DNA of 13,230 nucleotides from an uncultured Chroococcidiopsis sp. (GTDB lineage Bacteria; Cyanobacteriota; Cyanobacteriia; Cyanobacteriales; Chroococcidiopsidaceae): positions 1 through 13,230 of the forward strand of contig CAXTYC010000063.1 of assembly GCA_964248365.1 (NCBI GenBank). The letters run 5' to 3'. Within the stretch, counting starts at the first letter, position 1. Each line of letters begins with the position of its first letter. The notes under the pieces are model-generated. The model was not told the origin of the DNA. It did not search any database and was given only the letters and a program-made list of their open reading frames with translations. Below, piece after piece: positions 5,803-13,230 of this stretch. A program made the translations under genes and the position numbers.

Positions 5803-8800
5803 ATGGCTAATGGTGAAGATTGGTTATCAGGTGATTTTGGATTTGATGGTGATTCTTCACACCGCACTATTGAAACCAAAGGCGAATTATTAACACTCAA
5901 GCTATTACGTGAAGCTATTCAGGCTCAAAATCCAGATGACAAAGTAATGGCGGATTTTGCTGAGTATGTTTTACCAAATCTGTTGCAAATAGCTATTGGT
6001 GTCACTGCCAAAGGTGGTAAGTTTTTTGATGAAATCGATCAACAGCGAGAAGCCGAAGGTAAAACTAAAGTTAGGCGAGATAATGCTGCTGACCAATCAC
6101 TGAATACTCACTTACTGAATGGCTTATTTCCAGCTAATTTAATTGAGAGACGTTTAGAAAAACTCGATACTACCGTGCGGCGAGTGGTGAAAGAACGAGA
6201 ACGTCGATTAGTAATTGCTGGGTTTATTTTACATGATTTTGAAAAATTTCCTGATATACCAGAAAATTGCCGCAATTTATCGTTAGCAGAACATCGTCAA
6301 ATTATTGATGAAAAAGTTCGCCAGTTAGGACTTGATAGCTTTATCAATCCAGATAATCCAGAGGCTTATCGAGAGTATTTAGATGATTTGTTGTGCATGG
6401 TTTATAATGCACAACGACGCTGGGATACTAACTGGAATTTTTCTGAGTTTGGCTTGAATCCTGTTCTCAAAGACCGCACTCTTCGTAGTCTGTCTGATTT
6501 AACCTGTTTAGCTGATTCTCTCGCTTCAATTGTTAAACATCCCCAAGATGCAGAACATCCCAGACTACAAGAAATTATTCATAATCTTAGTGATGGACAA
6601 TTGAAATTTACCTATCACAGCATTGCTGAGAACCGAGGTGTTTTAACCAATGTTGTGAATAATGCTGTAATTCAAGCTTATACTAGCCTCAATACTGATG
6701 AGCATACATACTATGAACCTTTACTATATCTGCCAATAGGTGTAATTTACCTGGCTGCGCGTAATGCTCCTCCTATCTCATCAGAAGATTTACCAGACCT
6801 TGTAGTTAACAATATTAAATCACTTTGTGCTGACCAACTACGCCTAAGACAGACAGGATTTGGTCGAGATGGTAAAGGCATGAAATATGCCGAATATTAC
6901 AACTTATTTTTTGACTCTTTAGGCTTAATGCAAGTGGCTTTAGATGCGACGTTACGCATTTTAAGTTCTAGTAAACCATCTGTTGCCAAAAGTCGCAGTG
7001 AAAATTTAGCCAAGTTCCAACAACAAGGAGTTTTACCTGCTGAATTTGATTTTAATTTTGCTGATGATATCCGCATTGACCAAATAGCAGAATTTGGTGA
7101 TTTAGTAAGTCGCAAGATTTGGGATGAAACAGTTAATCGTATTGAAGCAGTTCGCAAAAAAGATAAAAAAATCCCAAAAATACCTGCTCTTGATTTAACT
7201 CATAAGGTAGTTGAATTCTGGAATTTAACAAAATATATCCCTCAAATTCACCACATTCAGCGCATTAATGAATGCTTGAAAGAAAACAAGTTAAAAGGCA
7301 ATACTGGCGGAGTCCCTTACGAATGGTATTATCTGGCAGCTAAGTATCTTGAAGAACATCCAGGCATTGAAGATGTACGGGAAACTTGCTTGCAAGTTAT
7401 TGACTACTTGACAAGATTAATTTCTCCAATACTTGCTCAATATAAATTACCTGATGGTTGGGACGATTTAAGGCAATGGGTATCACGAGTTTTCATGTTA
7501 CCAACCGCAAATCAACAGCCATCACCTAAAACTCAAACTGAGAATTTTCTCAAGGAGTTAAATAATTACAATGCTGCTAAAAAAGCTGGACGGGGACGAC
7601 AATTAATCTGTTCAATTTCTCATTCTGCTTACACAGTAACTGAGCAGATGGAATCAGCAGTTTTGTTTACACCGCAAGTTTATACCAACAAACAAATGCT
7701 GGGTGGTTCTAATGCCAAGCGCAATATTTCCAGTATTGCAAGTGTAGAAATGATGCTCAGACAAATTTTAATGAATCAAACTCAAGCAGTCGGTAAACGA
7801 TTTGAAGATGGTAAATATCGTTATCTCTACTTTTATCCCACTTATTACTTTACTCCAGAAACTAACAAGTTTTTACAAAAAGCTTACAGTGGAATTGCTC
7901 AGACTCGGTTTGATACGAGTGTCCGCAATCATTTTATCACTAAGGATTTACAAGCTCATTTAGCAAAGAAAGACTATCAAAGCGTCGATAGTTTTTTGAT
8001 TGATGAAAACTTAGAAAACGAGAAAGACCGTACATTTAAGCTTTCTTATCCTGAAGACCAACCTTTAACATTCTACTTCATGGCGCTACCACCAGGACGA
8101 GAAAGCACTGATACGGAATCTTGGGTAATGCCTAGTTGGCTGGCGTTTGCTTTTCCAATGATTTTAGATGTTAAAACTGTAGTTTCCGAGTCCCCAATTC
8201 CACCTTTTAATGATGGTGCTGAATTTGAAGAAAGCGTCTTTCTTGATAGTGCGCCTCATGCTTTCCGTGCTTTGGTAAGACGCGATCGCTTCCGGCTTGA
8301 CTACATCCTTAAAGGTTGGAATGAAAACGGTACTCAATACCCAGCACCCTTAAATGTCTTAACTGCTGCTTATGCGATTCATTTAGATGTGAATGCGCGA
8401 CAAGGTAAGTCTGGTTATGATGCCAACTGGGGAAGATTTACTGAACTGGCAAAAGATTTTGAAACTAGTCCGCTATACGTCTTTTCTTATCTCAATCGTT
8501 GGGTTCGTAACCAGGGAGTAGAAACGGCACGAATCGAGAAAATTCGGCTTTATACGTATCATTTTTATCCTTGTTTTGACCCTTATGTGAAATATGACAC
8601 TGCTATGGAGCAATTAATTGTGGAAGAAAAATCAAGTCTAAATCACCCTAAGAAGTTAACAGATTTGTACCGAAAATTTTATAGAGCTAATAAGCGTTAT
8701 AATCCCAAATCTAATGCTGTTTTGAAACCAATTGATATTGCGGCTGAAACTATACTCAAAGCTGACTTAAGTGTCTTTCATGGTGAAACATTAGTTGTGG

Positions 8801-9093
8801 TTGTTGCAGCAGAAGTTTTTAAGCTAATGGATCGCGTTCATTCTTCTACTGCTGAAGGACGCTGGGTAATAAGTAAAAGGGAGGAAGAACGCCTAGCTGT
8901 TCTAGATTTTGCACAGTATTTTGTAGTGGAGGTATTTGAGAAGTCTTTTGCAGGCGATCGCGCTCGTTTAGCAGGTCGTCAACTAAACTTAATTCGAGAT
9001 ACCTGCGAGTTTCTTTATCGTTTAGAAGACGACAAAGAAAACTCAGCTAGAAATGAACAATCTACCGAATCTACTGATGATGACAATCAGTAA
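5803..9093 (+). CDS. cas10d: Type I-D large subunit Cas10d/Csc3 with N-terminal HD nuclease domain
   Basis: 1096 aa. DQSLNTHLLNG...LHDFEK...LADSLAS HD motifs. SD GGAGG at 5792-5796. Lies directly upstream of csc2/csc1. Confidence 0.93.
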   Translation: MANGEDWLSGDFGFDGDSSHRTIETKGELLTLKLLREAIQAQNPDDKVMADFAEYVLPNLLQIAIGVTAKGGKFFDEIDQQREAEGKTKVRRDNAADQSLNTHLLNGLFPANLIERRLEKLDTTVRRVVKERERRLVIAGFILHDFEKFPDIPENCRNLSLAEHRQIIDEKVRQLGLDSFINPDNPEAYREYLDDLLCMVYNAQRRWDTNWNFSEFGLNPVLKDRTLRSLSDLTCLADSLASIVKHPQDAEHPRLQEIIHNLSDGQLKFTYHSIAENRGVLTNVVNNAVIQAYTSLNTDEHTYYEPLLYLPIGVIYLAARNAPPISSEDLPDLVVNNIKSLCADQLRLRQTGFGRDGKGMKYAEYYNLFFDSLGLMQVALDATLRILSSSKPSVAKSRSENLAKFQQQGVLPAEFDFNFADDIRIDQIAEFGDLVSRKIWDETVNRIEAVRKKDKKIPKIPALDLTHKVVEFWNLTKYIPQIHHIQRINECLKENKLKGNTGGVPYEWYYLAAKYLEEHPGIEDVRETCLQVIDYLTRLISPILAQYKLPDGWDDLRQWVSRVFMLPTANQQPSPKTQTENFLKELNNYNAAKKAGRGRQLICSISHSAYTVTEQMESAVLFTPQVYTNKQMLGGSNAKRNISSIASVEMMLRQILMNQTQAVGKRFEDGKYRYLYFYPTYYFTPETNKFLQKAYSGIAQTRFDTSVRNHFITKDLQAHLAKKDYQSVDSFLIDENLENEKDRTFKLSYPEDQPLTFYFMALPPGRESTDTESWVMPSWLAFAFPMILDVKTVVSESPIPPFNDGAEFEESVFLDSAPHAFRALVRRDRFRLDYILKGWNENGTQYPAPLNVLTAAYAIHLDVNARQGKSGYDANWGRFTELAKDFETSPLYVFSYLNRWVRNQGVETARIEKIRLYTYHFYPCFDPYVKYDTAMEQLIVEEKSSLNHPKKLTDLYRKFYRANKRYNPKSNAVLKPIDIAAETILKADLSVFHGETLVVVVAAEVFKLMDRVHSSTAEGRWVISKREEERLAVLDFAQYFVVEVFEKSFAGDRARLAGRQLNLIRDTCEFLYRLEDDKENSARNEQSTESTDDDNQ
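8620..9093 (+). CDS. cas11d: Probable Cas11d small subunit translated from an internal start in cas10d
   Basis: In-frame GTG at 8620 preceded by GGAG (8607-8610) and an AT-rich spacer, giving 157 aa. The context GGAGCAATTAATTGTG resembles the cas7d RBS GGAGATTAATTATG. ATG 8605 is an alternative start. Internal Cas11d translation is established for I-D systems. Confidence 0.65.
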   Translation: MEEKSSLNHPKKLTDLYRKFYRANKRYNPKSNAVLKPIDIAAETILKADLSVFHGETLVVVVAAEVFKLMDRVHSSTAEGRWVISKREEERLAVLDFAQYFVVEVFEKSFAGDRARLAGRQLNLIRDTCEFLYRLEDDKENSARNEQSTESTDDDNQ

Positions 9094-9141
9094 GTCTCAT
9101 CTTGCCTAAATAAGTAGTAAATAATTCTTTGGAGATTAATT

Positions 9142-10152
9142 ATGGCAATTCTAAAAACTGTTGAAGCCAAGTTATTTCAATCTGAAATTCCCTACAAACC
9201 AATGGGTAAATATGCTCATCTATTGACTGTCCGTATTACCGAATCTTATCCTCTATTTCAGACAGACGGAGAACTGAATAAAGCGCGCGTAAGAGCCGGA
9301 GTTAAAGAAAAAACTACAATCAGTCGTTTGTCAATGTTCAAGCGCAAGCAGTCTACTCCAGAGCGGTTAGTCGGTCGGGAATTACTACGTAACTATGGCT
9401 TAATGACTGCTGAGGAATGCGAATATAACGTGAATTTTGCGATGGATAATCCTGATTGCATTATTTACGGCTTTGCTATAGGTGATTCTGGTTCTGAAAA
9501 GTCCAAGGTTGTAGTAGATACCGCATTTTCAATTACAGCTTTTGATGAATCACACGAAACCTTTACTCTCAATGCTCCTTATGAAAATGGCACAATGGCT
9601 TCTAAAGGAGAAAATGGTTCTAAGCCAGGTGAAGTTACCAGTCGAATTAACCAGCAAGACCATGTTAGACCGCAAGTTTTCTTTCCTAGTATTGTCACGC
9701 TTAAAGATCCCACTGAAGCTAGTTTTCTTTACGTTTTTAATAACATATTACGAACTCGTCACTATGGAGCGCAAACAACCCGTACAGGTCGGGTTAGGAA
9801 TGATTTAATTGGTGTTGTATTTGCTGACGGAGAAATTACTAGTAATCTGCGTTGGACTCAAGCAATATATGACCAAATGAAGTCTAACAATACTTTAAAT
9901 CTACCTGAACCTCTAGATGAAGATGATGTAATTACTGCTGCTAAAAGTGCAATTGAGGCGTTGATGGCTGATGAGTTTATCGTTCACACTGACTTCATTG
10001 GTGATGCTTTTGTACCCCTGCTAAATGAAGTTAAGACTCTCACAGCTAGCGAAGCAGGAATGAAGTCAATTTTGCAAAAGGCTGATGCCGAAGCTAAAGA
10101 ATATGCTAAAAAACACATCAGCAAGAAGAAAACTGCTAAGGCAGGGTCATAG
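9142..10152 (+). CDS. csc2: Type I-D backbone subunit Cas7d/Csc2
   Basis: 336 aa. FKRKQSTPERLVGRELLR, CPDC-like NPDCIIYGFA and YGAQTTRTG motifs. SD GGAG. Position after cas10d. Confidence 0.92.
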   Translation: MAILKTVEAKLFQSEIPYKPMGKYAHLLTVRITESYPLFQTDGELNKARVRAGVKEKTTISRLSMFKRKQSTPERLVGRELLRNYGLMTAEECEYNVNFAMDNPDCIIYGFAIGDSGSEKSKVVVDTAFSITAFDESHETFTLNAPYENGTMASKGENGSKPGEVTSRINQQDHVRPQVFFPSIVTLKDPTEASFLYVFNNILRTRHYGAQTTRTGRVRNDLIGVVFADGEITSNLRWTQAIYDQMKSNNTLNLPEPLDEDDVITAAKSAIEALMADEFIVHTDFIGDAFVPLLNEVKTLTASEAGMKSILQKADAEAKEYAKKHISKKKTAKAGS

Positions 10153-10154
10153 CT

Positions 10155-10874
10155 ATGCCAAAAATTTACTGCTGTGAATTAGAACTCCATGACAGCTTGT
10201 ATTACGCTACTCGTGAAATTGGACGGCTCTATGAGACAGAACCAGTAATTCACAATTACGCCCTCAGCTATGCACTGGGGCTTGTTGATAGTGAAGTTTA
10301 CTCTACCACCGTTGCTGAAGAACATTCCTATCGTTACTTTTGCCCTGAGCAAGTTCCTAAATATGAGGAGCATTTGACACCCCTTAATCAACAAGGAATT
10401 TATGTCACTCCGGCTCGCGCAGTTAGTCATACTGCAATTCTCAATACATGGAAGTATGCGAATAACAACTACCATGTGGAGATGGAGAAAACGCAAAAAA
10501 ATATTCCAAGTTTTGGTAGGGCAAAAGAGATTGCACCGGAAAGTCAATTTGAGTTTTATGTAATCTCTCAGAAACAACTGAAATTACCAAAATGGATTCG
10601 CTTAGGTAAATGGATGAGTAAAGCTGAACTCAAGATTCAAGAAGTTACCAAAGTTGAATTAAAAACAGGTGACTTCGCTTTGCCTTATCCACTTAACCCC
10701 TTAGATGTCATGTTTACCCATCACGTTGTTAGCTACGATGTAGTAAATATGCCGCCAGTGAGCCTGATTCAAAATGTCAGTATTCACCAAGGGCAGTATT
10801 ACGAATTCTACAATCCTAACAAAACTGAAAAATTGCGCTTACCTGCAACAATGCAGTATCGATTTAAAGCTTAA
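10155..10874 (+). CDS. csc1: Type I-D Cas5d/Csc1
   Basis: 239 aa. LHDSLYYATRE, IHNYALSYALG and LPKWIRLGKWMSKA motifs. Position after csc2. Confidence 0.92.
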   Translation: MPKIYCCELELHDSLYYATREIGRLYETEPVIHNYALSYALGLVDSEVYSTTVAEEHSYRYFCPEQVPKYEEHLTPLNQQGIYVTPARAVSHTAILNTWKYANNNYHVEMEKTQKNIPSFGRAKEIAPESQFEFYVISQKQLKLPKWIRLGKWMSKAELKIQEVTKVELKTGDFALPYPLNPLDVMFTHHVVSYDVVNMPPVSLIQNVSIHQGQYYEFYNPNKTEKLRLPATMQYRFKA

Positions 10875-10882
10875 ATCTAAGC

Positions 10883-10904
10883 GGGTGGGCATTGCCCACC
10901 CTAC
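10883..10904. repeat. REP-like palindrome between csc1 and cas6
   Basis: GGGTGGGCA-T-TGCCCACCC (10883-10901). The minus strand reads GTAGGGTGGGCAATGCCCACCC, i.e. it begins with GTAG. Confidence 0.7.
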
Positions 10905-10925
10905 ATTCACTATTTTGAATTACTA

Positions 10926-11786
10926 ATGCCTCACAGCCTTGTCCTTAACCTTGTTCCTCAGTCTCCCATCTATCCCGAATTTTTAACTGGTAGACACTAT
11001 CACGCCTTCTTCCTCACTCTTATCAGTTGGGTCGATCAAACCTTGGGAAACTACTTGCACTCGCCTAACGCAGATAAAGCCTTCACACTCTCACCCTTGC
11101 AAATACAACGAGAACACAAACAACATCACTACACCTTGCAATTTTGTCATCAAAAACCCATCCCAGCAGGTACTCCATGCTGGTGGCGTATTTCCCTACT
11201 CGATGACACTTTATTTAGCAAATTAACCCCGCTGTGGCTAAATCTCAACCCTAATCACCCTTGGCATCTAGGTTCCGCAGACTTGCACATTACTAGCATT
11301 CTTGGCACTCCCCAATCAACGCAACCTTGGGCAAATGCTTGCACCTACGCACAACTGTACGAGCAAGCAAGCGATCGCAATCGCACTGTTAAATTCATCT
11401 TTGCTACGCCTATATCCTTTCGTCAAGGTAAATATGATACTATTCTTCCCGTCGAAGAATGCGTCTTCAGAAGCCTTTTAGGCCGTTGGAATAAATATAG
11501 TGGGGTTGAATTTACCAACTTGTCATTCGATTCAATTTATCCAAGTTTTGTCAAGATTCATACGGAAGCTATCAGCAACTATGACAGCAAATTTATTGGT
11601 AGCGTTGGTGAAATTAGCTATCGCATTCTTGGTGATGTTGAACCGATAGCAATTAAGCAAATTAATGCCTTAGCTGATTTTGCTTTATTTACAGGAGTAG
11701 GACGTAAAACAACGATGGGTATGGGGATGACGCGCCGCCTATCAAATGCTAATTCGCGTTTTTCAAATGCTCAAAGCCATGAATGA
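10926..11786 (+). CDS. cas6: CRISPR endoribonuclease Cas6
   Basis: GRHYHA near the N-terminus, FTLSPL, F.TP.SF and the C-terminal G-rich loop GVGRKTTMGMG. Confidence 0.94.
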   Translation: MPHSLVLNLVPQSPIYPEFLTGRHYHAFFLTLISWVDQTLGNYLHSPNADKAFTLSPLQIQREHKQHHYTLQFCHQKPIPAGTPCWWRISLLDDTLFSKLTPLWLNLNPNHPWHLGSADLHITSILGTPQSTQPWANACTYAQLYEQASDRNRTVKFIFATPISFRQGKYDTILPVEECVFRSLLGRWNKYSGVEFTNLSFDSIYPSFVKIHTEAISNYDSKFIGSVGEISYRILGDVEPIAIKQINALADFALFTGVGRKTTMGMGMTRRLSNANSRFSNAQSHE

Positions 11787-12375
11787 TACTACTGATTACA
11801 TACCTATTGCTGCATTAAACCAATATGCCTACTGTCCACACCGCTGCTGGCGAATGTTTTGTGCAGGAGAATTTATTGACAACCAATACACAATTGAAGG
11901 TACAAGCTTACACGATCGCGTTCATACAGTGGGAGAAGGACAGCGGGAAGAGATTTGGCAAATTCGGGCGATCTGGCTGAAATCAGAAAAATACCAACTT
12001 ATCGGTAAAGCTGATTTAATTGAAGCAGAAAACGGTGAGTGGTATCCCGTTGAATACAAGCGAGGACGTAAAGGCGAATGGGATAACGATGAACTGCAAG
12101 TCTGCGCTCAAGCTTTGTGTTTAGAGGAAATGACTGGGCAGCATATCAGTAGTGGCTATATCTATTACGCACACTCCCACCAGCGCCTGTTAGTGGAAAT
12201 TACGGGTGAACTGCGTCAAAGTGCGATCGCTACTATCAAAGCTGTTCAAACATTACTACTTACAGGAGTAATGCCAAAAGCTATCAAAACAAAACGGTGT
12301 GATGGATGCAGTTTGTTTTCACGATGTCTACCTGGTGCTGTGGATAAGGTTAAACGTTATCAAGAAGCAAAATGA
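11779..12375 (+). CDS. cas4: Cas4 RecB-like nuclease
   Basis: YCPHR, GKAD, PVEYKRG, Q...QALCLEE and CDGCSLFSRC (four Fe-S cysteines). Likely start is ATG 11779, overlapping the cas6 stop. Confidence 0.94.
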   Translation: MNDTTDYIPIAALNQYAYCPHRCWRMFCAGEFIDNQYTIEGTSLHDRVHTVGEGQREEIWQIRAIWLKSEKYQLIGKADLIEAENGEWYPVEYKRGRKGEWDNDELQVCAQALCLEEMTGQHISSGYIYYAHSHQRLLVEITGELRQSAIATIKAVQTLLLTGVMPKAIKTKRCDGCSLFSRCLPGAVDKVKRYQEAK

Positions 12376-12417
12376 TTTTGGTTAAATTAATTTAATTGAT
12401 AGGATTTAGATGGATTT

Positions 12418-13230
12418 ATGGGTACAGTTTATATCACACAAACCGATGCTTTTATTGGTAAAACAGATGAACGTCTCCATGTTCGATTTGAAAAAAAGAC
12501 AATTTTAGAAGTACCGCTGATTAAAGTAGACGGCATTGTGGTTTTAGGACGTGCTACTGTTTCACCTGCTACAATCTCTGAACTACTTGAACGGCATATT
12601 CCCCTTACTTTTCTTACAGAAACTGGTCGCTACTTAGGAAGGTTAGAACCAGAAGTTACCAAAAACATTTTTGTCCGTAAGGCACAATGGCTGGCAGCGG
12701 GCGAGTCAGCCAGGGCAATTCATGTAGTACAAGGGTTTGTGCGCGGTAAGCTGAAAAACTACCGAAACTTTCTTATCCGTCGTCAACGTGAATGCCCTGG
12801 TTTAGATTTATCCACAAATGTTACACGCTTAGAGCAAGCGATTGCACCTATTGATACAACTTACAGTATTAACTCATTGCGCGGTTTGGAAGGCGCTGGT
12901 AGTGCTGCTTATTTTGGCTGCTTCAATCAAGTGATTCGGGCGAAAGAATTTACTTTCACCAGTCGCATCCGCCGTCCACCAACTGACCCAGTTAATTCTT
13001 TACTCAGCTTTGGCTATTCGTTACTCCGCCATGACGTTCAAGGCGCAATCAACATTGCTGGGTTTGACCCGTATTTAGGGTACTTGCACTGCGAACGTTA
13101 TGGTAGACCATCACTGGCGTTGGATTTAATGGAAGAGTTCCGCCCCTTGGTAGTGGATGCAGTAGTGTTATCTGCATTGAATAAGCGATTTTTAGCACCC
13201 ACAGATTTTGTCACAGAACCATTAAGCGGT
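12418..13230 (+). CDS. cas1: Type I-D Cas1 (3'-truncated by the window; absent from the ORF track)
   Basis: My translation gives MGTVYITQTDAFIGKTDERLHV...VPLIKVDGIVVLG...LRGLEGAGSAAYF...RRPPTDPVNSLLSFGY...GFDPYLGYLH...RPSLALDLMEEFRP. The frame is open to the window end. Confidence 0.96.
   Translation, partial: MGTVYITQTDAFIGKTDERLHVRFEKKTILEVPLIKVDGIVVLGRATVSPATISELLERHIPLTFLTETGRYLGRLEPEVTKNIFVRKAQWLAAGESARAIHVVQGFVRGKLKNYRNFLIRRQRECPGLDLSTNVTRLEQAIAPIDTTYSINSLRGLEGAGSAAYFGCFNQVIRAKEFTFTSRIRRPPTDPVNSLLSFGYSLLRHDVQGAINIAGFDPYLGYLHCERYGRPSLALDLMEEFRPLVVDAVVLSALNKRFLAPTDFVTEPLSG

Larger units (their letters stand above)
957..12230. repeat. HIP1 octamers (GCGATCGC), dispersed
   Basis: Copies start at 957, 1889, 2471, 3378, 3495, 4181, 8282, 8954, 11371 and 12223 (manual count). 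HIP1 enrichment is a cyanobacterial hallmark. Confidence 0.9.

Noticed and set aside
6897..7157. 86-aa minus-strand ORF
   Set aside because: Antisense to cas10d with no supporting signals.
9542..9808. 88-aa alternate-frame ORF in csc2
   Set aside because: Out-of-frame overlap, no clear RBS, no recognisable motif.
10179..10577. 132-aa minus-strand ORF
   Set aside because: Antisense shadow of csc1.

Overview
Cyanobacterial DNA (10 HIP1 GCGATCGC sites counted by eye) carrying a subtype I-D CRISPR-Cas locus: a divergent RHH-WYL regulator, cas3' (helicase only), a ~1.5 kb insert, then cas10d (with a probable internal cas11d), cas7d/csc2, cas5d/csc1, cas6, cas4 and a cas1 cut off by the window edge. 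A 5'-truncated wHTH ORF lies at the left edge. The most interesting part is the cas3-cas10d insert. It holds a minus-strand two-repeat/one-spacer mini-array (4269-4380) whose spacer matches 24/29 nt of a site ~180 bp away (4493-4521). That site lies just downstream of a divergent sigma70-type promoter, which appears to drive a ~235-nt leader and a 63-aa acidic peptide with two beta-clamp-binding-like motifs (QLELF, QLELDLF) and a C-terminal LAA. I infer a CRISPR-RNA-regulated toxin-antitoxin (CreTA/CrePA-like) module with a putative DnaN-targeting mini-toxin. Control may act at the RNA level, because the target lacks the canonical GTN PAM and the guide is antisense to the predicted transcript. 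A doubly frameshifted DUF433/DUF5615 TA pair and a triple operator-like repeat follow. No canonical CRISPR array or cas2 lies within the window. All functional claims about the insert are untested inferences.
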